This document shows positions 39,650 to 54,083 of a stretch of DNA of 64,000 nucleotides, piece by piece. The stretch covers positions 321,912-385,911 of the forward strand of contig OZ199840.1 of NCBI GenBank assembly GCA_964304625.1. The letters are read 5' to 3'. How positions within the stretch are numbered: position 1 is the stretch's first letter; each line of letters opens with the position of its first letter. The stretch is from Kudoa neothunni. Taxonomy: Eukaryota; Animalia; Cnidaria. A model generated the notes under the pieces. The model was given only the letters and a program-made list of their open reading frames with translations. It did no database searches and was not told where the DNA came from. A program made the position numbers and the translations under genes.

Positions 39650-40856
39650 ACAGTCTCGATATTGCGAGGTGTGATATAGGGTAGTCGACATTTTTTTCAG
39701 ATTTCTGTAACCAACATTGTAACCTTTTCGATGTATATAGGCTTCTACTCTAGCGCTATACCTAAAGATACGAAATAACATTTAAAAAGTGCATTTTTTG
39801 TAAAATTCAGGGTTTTTTTATTGGACAGTGGTTACTTCAATTTTAATCCGATGAATCCACAACATTACACATTCGAACGATCGGTATTGTGGGGAAGAAA
39901 AAAATTTTGTTACAAAATTGGAACTACTAAATATTATGATTCAATTATCTCAACCTGAAATGCCAAAAAGTCCCTCTATAGCGCCAGAGGATACCATGAA
40001 TTCTGTTATTGTGAGTTTTATTCAAATTAAAATTAGTTATCCTTCTCTGAATAGAATTGTATTTAATAAATCTGATATAATGAACTTCAATGTTGTTCTC
40101 TCAGTAAAGGAATTACAAATAAAAATACATTTAACTTCAAATTATGTTATATGTTTGGATTGTACCATACTACCAAAAAGGCAAATATTCTAGTGTTTTC
40201 AACACTGAGAAAGCAAACTTTTTGCTAATGATCTTAAATTACTGGTTTAAGTGGAACAGAAGGTTTCCTTCAAAATTTAAAGATGCTCTGTTTTTTAAAA
40301 ATTCACTCTTCCTGGAGAAAGGAGGAAAAGTTGACGATAATACTGTTACTGATTAAGTAATTAAATTTTATAAGGTAAAAAGTAGATATGAAATATAAAA
40401 CATTAAATCTCGATGAGACCGCTTTTTCCTACGAACAATGCACTCAACGAACATATGATACAAAGAAAGAGTTGAATTAAAAGGAAATGAAACAATAAAA
40501 AATCATGAAATAGAATTATAATGTGCTTTATTTATAGGAGTAAAATTTCCACATAGTGTCATCGGTAAATTTAACGAGACAACCTGTTTTAAAGGAATTT
40601 ATGAACTTTCTTTTAAATATTAACGATCAAAAAAGTGGTTGGATGTCTTAAATTATCTTCATGATATTTTAAAAACCCTTGATAAAAAGTTCGTATATTA
40701 TTAGATCGACGCCTTTCACATCTTTAATTTAATAATACAAACAAATAGGTGTTTTTCTAGTCGCGCACGCGCAAACCTCAGATATTGGGTAGTGATTTCT
40801 TATCAGGTAGTAAAAGTTCAGGTCCCGATTTAATTCGCAATATCGAGACCTTACTG
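39650..40856 (+). mobile_element. Internally deleted Tigger remnant
   Basis: GTCTCGATATTGCGA at about 39653 with its inverse before TTACTG-TA at 40856; NLDETAFSYE, KFPHSVIGKF...CFKG. Confidence 0.65.
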
Positions 40857-41011
40857 TATATATTGTCGGATGCACTCACATCTACAGTGGTGTGATTCGA
40901 TATTCTCTCCAGATTATCGTCGTTGTTTGTTTCGTTATTTTCTCTTATTTTATTCGATAGAATCTATTTAATTTTAATAAGATGCGTATAATAATTTTTA
41001 CACTTGTTTAA

Positions 41012-41232
41012 ACTAATAAAAACGTGGAGTCTAATAGACCCCCAAAAGCGCAAAGTGTATTAAGTTTACTTATTTCCCTTATAACTTTAATATTTTTATA
41101 AAATAAAATAACATCCATATGTTCCTTTTTAGAGAATACACCGGATATAAATCTTATCTGATTCCAATAAGTATATAAAGTTAGTAACACAAAATGCTTT
41201 GGGGTCTAATAGACCCCAAAGCGCTCGAAAGG
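41012..41232. mobile_element. Small piggyBac-type MITE with palindromic subterminal repeats
   Basis: TTAA on both sides, AAAGG end, GG(A/G)GTCTAATAGACCCC twice; hairpin GCTTTGGGGTCTA-A-TAGACCCCAAAGC at 41196-41222. Confidence 0.55.
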
Positions 41233-42216
41233 TTAAAACTTCGCAATTGTCATAATTGAAAGTCATGGATGTTATCTTCTACATCAATGACTTTGTCAAT
41301 GTTTTCTGGCGGTAAAATGACAATATAGGTACATTCATCAGGGAAAAATTCATCAACCTGATCATATAGCATCGCTTAGTCTGACTAGCCTCTCGAAACT
41401 CATGACAGGGAATTAGGGAACCTCGTGGGTTAATAATAAAGACATAATATTGTGAAGCATTTCATCATATAAAGAATAAAACAACTTTTTTTAATTTTAC
41501 ATAAAATAAACTTTAAGTTATTTAGAATATTTTTAAATAAAACGTATTATTATGAAAAAATTTCTGTTTTTCTATTTAAGTCAATTATTAGTAAGAAAAT
41601 TTGAAAATGTGAGTACTCACCTATTATCTATTATGTATAAATTAACTTTTCATAATTCTTAATTGCTACTTGAAAATCGTAAAATTTCGTCATTTCAAAA
41701 TTTTTTTATAAATTTTCGTTAAATATTTAAAAAATATAGATAGAAACTTAGAAATTATTAAAATCAAGCATCACGATTATTTGAATATTCATTAATTTTA
41801 ATATCGTCCACAATGTTACGTAGAAGGTTCGTTTTATATTGACTTAGAAAATTATATTATTCTCAATTAACAAGAATTATTTACTCAAGCTTTTTATCAT
41901 AATTTTTTTCCAATAAAGTCAAGCTCAAAATATTAATATTTTAATCTTGAAATTTATTAACATAATCAAATCACAAGAGCTTAAACTATAATTGCAGTCA
42001 TAACAAACTAATTCGGGATTAATATAAAATAGATGAAAATTTATGAAATCACATAATTAAAAAAAGCATCGGAGATCATATTTTCTCTCTAACGTCGCAA
42101 ACAAAATTCAAAAAACAATAAATTCAATCAATGATTTAAAATATCAAATAATGTTACGTGATCGAAAAATTTTTATCATTAATATTACCTATAAACTATA
42201 GTTAACAAAAATGAAT

Positions 42217-45200
42217 TTAATCCCTTTTCTTCTTCATTACCACGATACCAACTATTGCAATAACCACAACCACAGCAACGCAAGCAATAATGATTCTAAA
42301 ATCAGTTAATTCAAATATTAACATTTAAAAATGTTTACATAAGTTTGGTTTTATCCCTAAAAAATGTTAAATTAAAAAAATCATTTTACTAAACTCACCC
42401 TGAACTACTTTTTGCACCTACGATATATAACATTAAATTATATTGGGAACAAATAATATACCTTGTTGTATATCAACACCGCCAAAAATTGTATCATCTT
42501 CAACACTGTAAACAGTCAAATAATAGTCATTTCCATCAGGTAAATTATTTATTTTGAATTCTTTACAGGTCACAAAGGCAGCACATCTGTCTACGTTTCT
42601 TCTCATGCAAGATTTTACTACCGCATTTGACTTGACACTGCTGTTACGTAACTCCCATCTGCATTTTGATTTATCGTTCATACTGGATGGAACTGTGGTG
42701 GTTACAATGAAACTGTTCCATCACGTGTAATGACGACTGATATCAATTTTGAGGAGTCAGTTGGGTTTACTTGTGGTGCACCTAATATAAGTTTCGTTTA
42801 AGAAATTCTTAATAGAGACATTAATTGAAGCATTAATTGTAATACTTGGTTCTATGATATGCTCTTGTGGTGAAGATTTTCCGATAGCTGTGACTAAAAT
42901 TTTGTATGTATTTGCTGCTTCATACTCGGGAAATGTTATGGAAATGCAAAGGGGATTTGAAGAACAGGTGTTTGCGCTGTTAGCATCCTCAGCAAGCTGT
43001 GTATCTGAAGTATCCGGAACTGAAGATTTCGCTGTTGGTATTGGATCACCATCTGCCACTATGGCACAGCGATTCTAGCTATGTTGAGATCTGCTGAACT
43101 TATACTGGGAGGAGCAGCTGAAGGGGGTACTGGTGCTGGTGCTACTGGGGCGGTAACAGGTGTCGTTACTTTCGATACCACAGGACATGTGTAATAGTCT
43201 GTGTAATCGTTACCAGTCTTCTTTTGTACGACATAACTACAAGTTGCAGTTGGATCCACGGAATTTAATCGTGCCTTCAATGACAAACCATCCAATGTGA
43301 TCTTATGTGTTATCGTTAATGTTGTTAACGCTATTAAAAATTTAAAGAGTAAATTATAACTTCAATAACCTGTTCGTATATCTGTGTAATCTTTTATGCC
43401 GTAATCCTTATGTGCGATCACCCTGATGTCATAAGGTGTGTTTGGCTCAAGGTCTTCTATCGTAACTTGTTCGCTGCAAATTCCTCTGCACGGGGCGTTA
43501 CCATTGCATTTCGCATGGAAAAAGCTATCTAATCCGGTCGGACTTATTAAATACTCACAGGTAGGTTCAGTTGTCTTGTCTGATGGGGAATTCCCACCAA
43601 TAGCTGTAAGAGAGAGTGTTGTATCTGTTTTTGTAGGATCAGTAGTTCCATACGTTTTCCCATTCCGTTTGCTTTATAATTCATTATTTTTTAATATAAG
43701 TATGATGATTTACCTGTTCTTATGAATATATGTTCATTAAAATCCTTTGCAGAATTACTCGCTTCAAACGCGATCTCAATCATGTACGCTTTCCCCGGTG
43801 TAAGTGTTTGAATCACCAATTTCGTTGAGCAATCAGTTTTGCAACTGGAACCTTCTGTACTAGTATTATCACATGTTGTTGTAGTTAAGGTGTCTGGTTT
43901 GATTTTGTCTGCAAAGTAGTGTTTTAGAGTACATTTATCGATTATTGGTTCAGACTCTCTTTTAAATAAGGTACTATCAAATGACACTCCCTGATGCGTG
44001 TACACTGACAGGAGTCCTCCAGTTGGTTCAGTAATAGCTAATAAAAATAATACAAACTGCATATTGATTTAAGGATTACCAAATTTAGTTTGTTCGTAAC
44101 CCTTCAAATCACCACTAGTAGCTTCTATGTCATGATGTCTTGTTTTGATTAAAATTTTATAAATCTTTTTCCCCGCAATGCCATTAAGTTCGACGTACTT
44201 ACATGGAGCATAACAACTCTTGTCAGTTCCACCACAAATGGACGTATATTTTTCATTATCTCCTGCATTTTGAACATTTTTAAGACTGAAAAGACAGATT
44301 TCAGACGATGGAGAATTAGTAAATTTAATTCCCACTTTATCTTCAGTTTTGGCAATAATATAAAACTGGGGCTTATAAATATCAATATTTTTCTTCATAT
44401 ATTGATTGGGCATATTGTAAAAGAAACTGGGATAATTTTCGCACCTCACTTCATAATGCGGTAACAATAAATCAAAATCAACTGTGTTTGCTGTATTATC
44501 ATTATTACAATCGTTCCCTTTGTTACCTTCCGCATATTTAATATCTTTATAATAAATAGGGCAATCTACAGGTGCACATGTTTTTGCTACAAATTTCAAT
44601 TTATTTTTGTCGGTTTCTACTGTAACCGTAGACACGCTAATTTGTGGATTAGTCAACAATGCTATATTCAGTTTATTTTTATGTTAAATTAAATTTATTT
44701 ACGTATTGAATATCCGAATACTTTTGCTCCTGTTCCGTTAGTTTTCTCTTTAATTTCACTTGTGTTGTCGCCTACGTAGACGAATATGTATTTGGTTCTT
44801 GGTGAGAGTTTATCGTAAGTGATTTTATTCACGTCAATATTACATACGACAATACATTTACCCTCAGCACCAGAATCGCTAACCTTAGCAGTGCAGCTGT
44901 CGATATCTTTGAATTCAGCTGCTGTCGTAGTAGTAGGAGTAATTGAAATTTCCGCCTCGTTAGATCGCTTTAAAAGGCACTTTTTGTTAGCACCATAATC
45001 AGAACCTCCGAGGTTTATGTTAATTTGGTCTGGGCTATTAGTTTCACCTTTCACAACCTGATACTTGAGCGTTTTCGCTGGAGTTAGAGTAGGAGATGCT
45101 GCTGCTGCAGCTGGAGAATGTTGGCTTACTGCAGCATTGGTTTTTATTGATATTAAAACACCTACACATACATTAATATTAAAATTAACTCAGGAAGGTA

Positions 45201-45235
45201 CCTAACGCAAGGTAGAGAAATCCAGCTATTTTCAT
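42217..45235 (-). CDS. Variable multi-FN3-like type I membrane protein, copy 3 (about three -1 frameshifts)
   Basis: ATG at 45235 (MKIAGFLYLAL); conserved introns; ends VVMKKKRD*. Single-base deletions near 43660, 43060 and 42718. Confidence 0.85.
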
Positions 45236-45330
45236 GGTTGACAACTAAATGGCTTACCAATTGATAGCTCGGAATACAATTGACCCGAATTTCACTCATT
45301 TATAGATAAAGTGATTCATTCATTGTCAGA
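45236..45330 (-). promoter_or_regulatory. Conserved upstream element (copy 3)
   Basis: Same block; nearly identical to copy 4's proximal part. Confidence 0.65.
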
Positions 45331-45738
45331 TAACAAAAATCAGACTAGATAATATTTATTCAAGTTATTAAAAAATTAATCTAAATCAATTTTGTTACCC
45401 AACTCAAATCGATATGGTAAATTAATTGACTTTTAATGGAACTAAAAGTTTCCCCATGCTGCATTTTTTAAGGAAATATCGACGTAAAATACTAAGCTCT
45501 AAAAAAATAATAGTAATACTACTTATTATAGGGAATATTTAATGGAGAATACCGCTAATGCCCAGTTATGCCTGGCATTCTGTGATTAAAAATTTGAACT
45601 TTAGTTTTATTTTTGAATGGAGAAATTCTATGTAAGATTTAATCTAATTAGAACTTAAAACCTTGTAAATTTTATTTTTCTATTATAATTGATGCATTTT
45701 AAAGCTTATCATTATTTTTGTAATGTGATGATTTAAAT

Positions 45739-46281
45739 CGGAGGCCGGAACCTTTTTTGGTGAGAGAACCACAAAGGCCACATATTTTTAAACCTAATTC
45801 CTCGAGAGCCATACGATATGTTTTAAAACTAAAAATAGAAGTGCATATGCACGCTATATGTAATTCCGACACTTTAAACTAAAAAAAGTCATTAAATTAT
45901 TCTTAATAGCAATTTTAAGCTATTGCTAATCAATGAAGAATATTTCTCATCATCAGTTTGACTTCGGATTCTGCACGGTTTTGCAGACGGCTTTGTAGTC
46001 TGGTTGATAAGGGTTAAAATTAAACATCACTCAGGCTTTTAGATATTCATCCGTTAAATGTCGTTGTAGTTTTGTCTTAATATTTTTAAAATGTAGAAAG
46101 GCTGCTCAAATACATGCGCGGAGCTAAACACTTTCGCTATGACAAACTCACACGCAGCAGTGTATGATACAGTAGGTAACCGATTTTTCGCGGTGATCGT
46201 TTCGGTTATGCACAAAGAAGTTTAATGAAACATTTTTTTTAATTGAAAATTTGTTTGAGAATCATAGGTTCCCGATCCCTG
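45739..46281. mobile_element. 543-bp non-autonomous hAT element containing a Tigger TIR fragment
   Basis: Perfect TSD ATTTAAAT (45731-45738, 46282-46289); ends CGGAGGCCGGAACC / GGTTCCCGATCCCTG; TA-CAGTAGGTAACCGATTTT at 46170. Confidence 0.8.
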
Positions 46282-47658
46282 ATTTAAATAAACTAAATTA
46301 TGCGCACATTATACATTCAAATATAAATAGAGGTATTGGGCGAAATTAATGAGTATTTTAAAGTTTATTTTACAAATTATTGACCAAAAATATAAAGACC
46401 TTAATTTTATGGGCAATTTAATTAACGACTAAAGTTCATTAATTTACTAAACAAAATCATTTAGTAATTTAAATAGGACTCAGTTCTATTCACAATCTTA
46501 CGATAATAATTAATCCTTCTAGTTATAAAATTTTTTATCAGTCTACAAGCGATAAAAAAATAAAATCAACCTAAGATGCGTCAAAATTTAAAATATTAAT
46601 TGTTACTCTTTTTTTCAATTTTATAAAGGATATTAATGAGGTTTGAATAATCTGTGCGTTGTAACTTTCGTATTCACTATTTTAACATGATTTCCCTATT
46701 TTTAAATAATTGAAACCTTTCTTTTTAACAAAAATACTCATTAGTTTAAATAAAAAAAATTTGATTAACAAAATATGATTAAATCTAAAATATTACGGTA
46801 TCTCTGGTTTTAAAAATTATAATCATGCTTTAACATCAACTGGTTTTCTTGGAGGAATGCACCCTTTTAAAAATTAACGCACTGTTTGATTTCCCTAAAA
46901 AAATTTCTTCGTATTGAACCATTCTTAGATTAACGAAAACTTTGCGAATACATCGGTTAGATCAAATCGACAAATAATTTCTTATTAACAACATGACACG
47001 TATTGAGAGTGGACTGTATTTTGTACGAAAGCAATTGTGAATAAAATTCTTATACTAAGTATAGAATGCGACGTCGTATATTTTCTTGCAGTATTTATAT
47101 CATAATGAATTATTATTCGCGAAAAAATTATATAATGATTTGAATATTAACCTTAAGGTTTGGGGGTAAGGAATAATTAGGTCACTAAGAACAAAAACAT
47201 TATTTAAAAAATTGTCTTATCAAATTTATAAACTTATCGAATTAGTTATTCCGACTGTTTTGTAAGAAAGTTTAGAAAAACCAACAAATGAGTAAAAACT
47301 TATCGAAACGACGAATATAGTTTCAATCTCAATCGATATATTTGATAAAAAGAAATTTTCACATCTCAGGGATTCCAATGGAGCATAATTTTCATTTAAG
47401 GAGTTATCACAAAAATTTAATTATTTGACAACTCTAAACACATCCTACATTGTTTTTAGTATGTGTATAGAGACGAAAATTATTCCAATATGGCATCAGC
47501 TTATAATCTCAAATTACATGTTTTATTTAAAATGATTACAATCGTTTTCGCTTAAATATACCCCTAATGTATGAAAATAAAAAATGCATCCTAGATAATT
47601 TGGTTACGATTTAAATTTTAAGGGAAATGCTACATCTCTTGTAAATATGACTCTAATG

Positions 47659-49059
47659 CAGTGTTTCAGTACAGGGGGTGCGGAGGTCATTTTAGAATAA
47701 ATTTAAAAATTAATCATAATTTATTCAATTCGTAATTTTCGTTAGTCCTCGTTTAAATCATGTAAGGACGTAATGTACAATAATATTTCTGGTTGTTTTT
47801 ATATTAATCAGTTTCGATTCAAAAATCGGATTTGATAATTTATTCTGTTTGATTCTAGCTAATAGCGCAATAAGATAATAGTTAATATTAAGCCTGTTCA
47901 GCTTACAGAGTCTAACTATCGCTATTTTCATGTAAAATCGTAACTTTATTATCTCTCATAATAACATATTTATATGATTAAGCTATCATTAGGTTGTCAG
48001 CATTTGTATCTACTTAAAAATAATCTATATCCATGAGTAAAAAACAACGATGTAATTTTAACTTTGTCTTCTATCTAAATTTGAGATCCATCATTTATTT
48101 TCATAGTTTTTATTATGTTACGTTCCAAGTTTTACATTCAAATTTGTGCCTTGCCTCTGATATAAATCTATGTTAATTTATTCTTTAGAATATAGGTAAA
48201 ACAAGGATCAGAGCATTAATTTCTACACATTCATAAATGAATACCAATTTTAACAATACATATTAATTATTTTTATTCAAGTATATTTAGAAGACATATT
48301 TTTGGATCTGTTGAATTTTTATTAACCCACAGCCTCAAAATTTAATTAACATATGAATCAATATAGAATAAGGAAGCCGCTAGATTTATTCAGCACAGAA
48401 TAACATATGAAACAATCTTATCTACTTCATTATATACAAATAATAAATATTGGAATTCATTAAACTCTGAAAACGATTTTCATGTTTCATAGTCCAATAA
48501 AAGATCCTGCATTGAATTACTCATGAAAACCCAGCGAGAGCAAGAGAACCGCCAGATCAAATAAATACGAAATAATATTTGATTTTTAAATAATATTTCA
48601 TGTGAACTATACGAATTGGGTATTTTTATTTGGCTCATTTCATTTTCACCTTCAAGTACAGAAATTATTTAAGCGACCATACTTTTTATAGTTTAGTATT
48701 ATGTTTATATTTATTTTTTACGTCTAATATTTTGGAATAATTATAATAACATAATTTATTAGAATTATTTATTACTTTACATAAAAATAGAATATATAAG
48801 CAGAAATGAATAATAGCTACATTCATTGAATGTTAAATCAAGAGGAATGAAAAGATATGGTTCCTCCGTTTTCAACTATGCATAGCAAATTGAGTTAACC
48901 AAAACATTTTAGTTTTAATACATTTTTCATTGGTATTATTATTTGTATATTGAAATAAAAAGTATAATTGAGTCTTGACATTCATATGGAGGAAGGGGTG
49001 CGAAATGAACGCAGAAATTAGGATGGAGGTAGGGATGTAAAATTAGTAGGGAAACATTG
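47659..49059 (-). mobile_element. About 1.4-kb non-autonomous hAT-like element, copy R3 (inverted)
   Basis: CAGTGTTTCAGTAC...GTAGGGAAACATTG; reverse complement of R2 and R1, closest to R2. Confidence 0.85.
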
Positions 49060-49479
49060 CGTTAGACAAGCACAACTCACAAACAAACAATTAATCAGTA
49101 AATAACGCTGCCTTCCGATAATTACCGACAGTTAACATCATAAGAAGATTGGCACTACAATCTGTGTCAGGTTTTCAAATTAAAGAACTTTTCGTTAGCA
49201 CCCAATAACAAACGAACGAAAGAGTGAGTATTGCCTGATCGGAACACGTTCTGATCATTTCAGGTCGCATGATGAGTTAAGTTTTTACTGTTTTCCGTCT
49301 TGAAATGTGCTACGTTACTCATAAAACAATAATATGTAACTTAATTCAATATAATATTTGCATTAAATCAATATAAATCGAGTTCAAAGTTAAAATAACA
49401 TTTTCTAACCTGAGGGTATCCTACACGGCAAGGTTCCGCGTTTTCCTGCGCCGTCCAAATTAGTCAAAAAATTTTTCAT

Positions 49480-52400
49480 GACCCAAGGTTGGGAAACATT
49501 GAAATAGGCGATAACGAAAAATATGACTTGGAAATCCAATTTATATAAAACATCAAAAAGTGGGAAAAGATACACGGTATCACTCCTTGGAGAAAGGATA
49601 GTGAAATTCTTCCAACCAACTTCAATCTATCGAAGGGTAGATTGATTAGTTTGATTAAAAGAATCAAGGGTGACAAGAAATTGATAAAAAACATGATGAT
49701 ATCATCCAAACTCAATTAACAGATGGTATTATTGAAAAGGTTTCAGGCGAAAAGGCGTTGCCAAAAAACTCTCATTATATCCCACGTCATCGTGTTTTCT
49801 CCAACAACGACACTACAAAATTACTCATAGTTTTCGACAATTCTTCCAGGTTCAATAACTCTATTTGTAGTTTAAATCAATGTCCCTACAAAGATCCGAT
49901 TGTTATAGAGGATATGTGTGGTATCTAATTACGATTTCGTCTCAAAAGAATAGCATTTACGGCTGACATTGAAAAGGCGTATCATCAATTAGAATTCTCG
50001 ACGGAGGATCGTGACTATATTCGCTTCCTAGGGATACAGAATATAGTAATGCCGATGATGGATCAATGCATCGCTATTTTCAGGTTCAAAAGAGTACCAT
50101 TTGGTATCATCTGTTCACTACTCCTACTCCAAGCCACAATTTCCCACCATATTCGAAATCAACCCGATGATAGTTTGGTCGAACTCCAACACTCGATATA
50201 TGCTGATAATTTTCTACATGGTTGCAATAACGAAGACGAAGCATTGGAATTATATTACAAAGTTAAAGACTTATTCAATGAAGTATCGCTAAATACGAGA
50301 CAATGGAATCCGAATTTAAACAAGATTCTATCTCAGATAACCCTTGTGAAATGAATGGAAGTAAGCATCTGAAAATACTTAGGTTGATGTGGAAAACAAT
50401 TGATGACACAATAAGCATAAGATGTACATTCAATTTGACGATGAGAAATCACCTATCTAAAAGAATTGTCTTACTAGTTATGGCAAAAATATATGATCCA
50501 TTTGGTTTCGTTACACCTGTAACTATTACCAGCAGAATATATCTTCAATCTTTGGGGAAAATGAAATTATAATTGGATACACCTCTAGAAAAAGAACGCG
50601 TTGGTTAAATGGAATCATCTGGTAAAACAGTTCAATAAAATACCAAGTCTAAAATTCAGTAGAACATTCATCACACTTTTAGTAGATAGCGAAACCGAAC
50701 TGAATCTATTTTGTTTTCGTGATACCTCTCAAAATGTAGATGCATGTGTTGTTTACCTATTGTTGGAAAATCATGCTACCAAGGAATCATTATTTATTCT
50801 CGCAAAGTCGAAATAATCACCATTGAAAACAACGACTATTCCCAAACATGAACTCATGGGAGTGCTTCTTGGCGTAAAAATGTTAAAATATGTCTCAACG
50901 ATCATAAAACAACTAATAATGAAAAGATACATTTTTTTCGATTCGAAATGTGTATTGTATTGGGCAAAGAATGGCAAATCTTCTTCAATTGCAGCAAACA
51001 AAATCATAGAAGGAATACTAGAAATGAACAATATTTCCCTAAATTTCATTCCCTCAAATTTAAATCCAGCTGATGTGACAACGAGAGGAATTGACATAAA
51101 TGACAACGAAATGTTAAAAAATTGAATGAAGGGACCTCAATTTATCTTAGAAAAAAACACGGAAGACATGTTACAGCATTAATGCAACCTAGATCAAGTA
51201 ACTCAATAAATGATAATGAAATTTTATGTTAAGGTATCGACGCGAAAAGATTTTCAAATTTTCACACTTTGATACGAACAGTAGCTTTGTGGAAAAGATT
51301 TATTACGCTGTGCAAGAAAATACCAACATCATCAAACAAATTAACAATAGAAGAAATTAAAGCAGCAAAATTATTAGTTATAAGATGTTGTCAAGAATTT
51401 TATTTCATGAAAACCTTCAACGTAATAAGGAAGGAGGAAAGGGCTAAATTGTGCATTCAGTTTGGATTATTCATCAAAAGAAATGGGTTGCTTAAATGTG
51501 GCGGTAGATTCGGTTTGTCAAATTTGTCAGAGGATAAAATTCATCCATTGTAGCTACCTAAGAAAAGTCATGTAACTAAATTAATAATAATGCAAATACA
51601 CCAAATGATTGGACATGGCGGAACGAATGCAACTCTAGCTCGACCGATAAAAATTTACTGGCCATAACATGCAAGATCTGTTGTATGGAAAACACTAAAA
51701 TCATGTCATCATTGCAATGGTTTTAATAAACGACCATACAAATTACCATCGTTTCCAAACCTACCTGATTTCAGACTGAGAATCACCCAACCATTCAATT
51801 TTACAGGTATCAACTACGCTTGACCTTTTCAAATCTATGAACGAAACGACATATCAGAAGTATTGATCTGCCTGCTTACCTGCACTACTATCCGAGTTGT
51901 CCATCTGGAAATCACAAAATCTCTAGGTGGTGAAGAATTTCTAAACTATCTTAGAAGATTTATTGGTAGACGAGGATTACCTGAACTTATCATATCATAT
52001 AATACCAAACAATTCAAATTGATGTCGAAGGTATTATCAAAACTATAAAAACAAAAGGAGATCACACCACCATCAATTGAGAACTACTCTGATCAAGGCT
52101 TGATCAAATGGAAATTCATCGTAGAGTTTTCTCCGTGGATGAGGGGATTCTACGAAAGGTTGATCGGTCTTGTCAAATCTTCTATGGAGAAATTACTCCA
52201 ATCCACAAAATATGACTACGAAAAATTCCTTACCTTGCTTGTGGCGATGGAATCCATTATCAACATTCGCCTGCTGACTCATATCGATCCAAATGATCCA
52301 ATAACTCCATTACCTCCAACAAACATTCTCTCTCTAAACCCAAGATTATTAAACACTGAAAATCTGGAGACCACTGAAGAAGAATTCATACCTAATCGTG

Positions 52401-52860
52401 TGTCAACATTACAGGAAATTATTCTTCAAAACTGGAAAAGGAGACAGAACCTTCTAATAACATTTTGGAAATCATGGAAATATGGTTACCTCCTACAATT
52501 AGGAGGAAGATATAATTCCGAGCACATACAACACAAAATAACCTTACTCCAAGATCCAAAAATCGGTGAAATTGTCCACATCATTGAACCAACAAAGAGA
52601 AATTGCTGGCGTATTGGACGTATATCACTCTTGCACTAATATTCAGAAAACCAACTAATCTCCGCACCTATCAAATGCTCTGACGGCAAAGAAATCAGGT
52701 GTTCCATCAAATTTCTTTGCAAGTTTGAAAATGGCCCCTCGGAATGTTGTCGATTATTGAATCAACAAACAAATAACTAATATTATTTCGAATTTATTCG
52801 GTTTTACGATAGCCTTACTAAAGAAATAAGTGTCGTGTTCGTGCACATTAAATAAAATCA
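49480..52860 (+). mobile_element. BEL/Pao remnant: RT, RNase H, integrase and probable start of the 3' LTR
   Basis: ADIEKAYHQ, RFKRVPFG, YADN, KIYDPFG, TIPKHEL, NPADVTTRG, VHLEI, SPWMRGFYERLIG; GGCCCCTCGGAA-TGTTGT at about 52745. Confidence 0.9.
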
Positions 52861-53989
52861 AAAATTATACAATATATGACTTATTTATGCTAACTTAAAT
52901 GTATTAAGAAAATGCGAGTTAGGCCAAAATTATAATTTAAAAGAAATATATCTAGACTTAAACGAGGTTATTATTTGAATGTTTCCCATCGATTACTGAG
53001 TGAAAACTAAAATGTTGAAGCATGCATATTGTAATTCCCGAGTACCGCTGACGCCCCAAGGCGTGTTATTAGGAAATTGTTAAAATTAAAACTATTGTTA
53101 AATTTTTATTTGTTACCATATTCTAAAATCATGAAAAGTTGAGTCATGTTTAAGCCGGGAATTTTGGTTGGGCTGAACAAGCCGAACTTAAGGGATTGGA
53201 TACTTCTCCATTACCCAAGTTTCATACCAAAATGACATTATGATTTGAAATTATTGTAATTTTTAATTATATTTTTTAGATATTGATTCCGGATAAAATT
53301 TAGAATAATACTTGTCATTGTTTTATGGTATTAATTTGATATTTTCTTTTTTAAATGGTATTTACTGGAATTTTATGTGTTTCATTGATAGAAATATTTT
53401 AAGTTACATTTTATTAGACTGCGCTAGATGAGTATTATTTAGTTACATCATACTTTTTAAATATATCGTTAGTAATAATCCCATTTAATATCATAAAACG
53501 TAACAACGTGGTTATGATCATACTTTTCTTGAATAAACAAATATTTGACAATAGTGAAATGATAAGACGTCTGTTTCTAGTACGTTTTTTACATATTTAA
53601 TATTTATTTGAATTAGATTTATGGTCATTACATAAAAATAACCATCATACAAGAATTTATCCCTTCCTATCTGTGTTCTTATAATGATATATCATTGTTG
53701 GTGTTTTTATCTCTCATTAGAAAAGAAAAATATCATTTTAAAATAAATAGTAATCACAATCATAATAGGAAATATAACAAGCCAAATACCCTAAAACAGT
53801 TTTTGAGTTTGGTGAGTTATGGCCACGCCCTGAATTTTTGTTAGGGTGCATCCGTAATAGAGGGCGAAATTTCGTCATGTCAAAGTTCTAATTAATTTAC
53901 CACATCGACGCGGGCTAGATGCTAAAAAATTGGTTGAGATTAATTTTTTAATATCATGAATAATTATTATCTAGTCTAAGTTTTGTTAT

Positions 53990-54083
53990 CTGGCAATGAA
54001 TGAATCACTATATCAATAATTGAGTAAAATTCGGGTCAATTGTATTCCGAGCTATCAATTGGTAAGTCATTTAGTTGTCAACC
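53990..54083 (+). promoter_or_regulatory. Conserved upstream element (copy 4)
   Basis: Same approximately 95-bp block. Confidence 0.65.
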
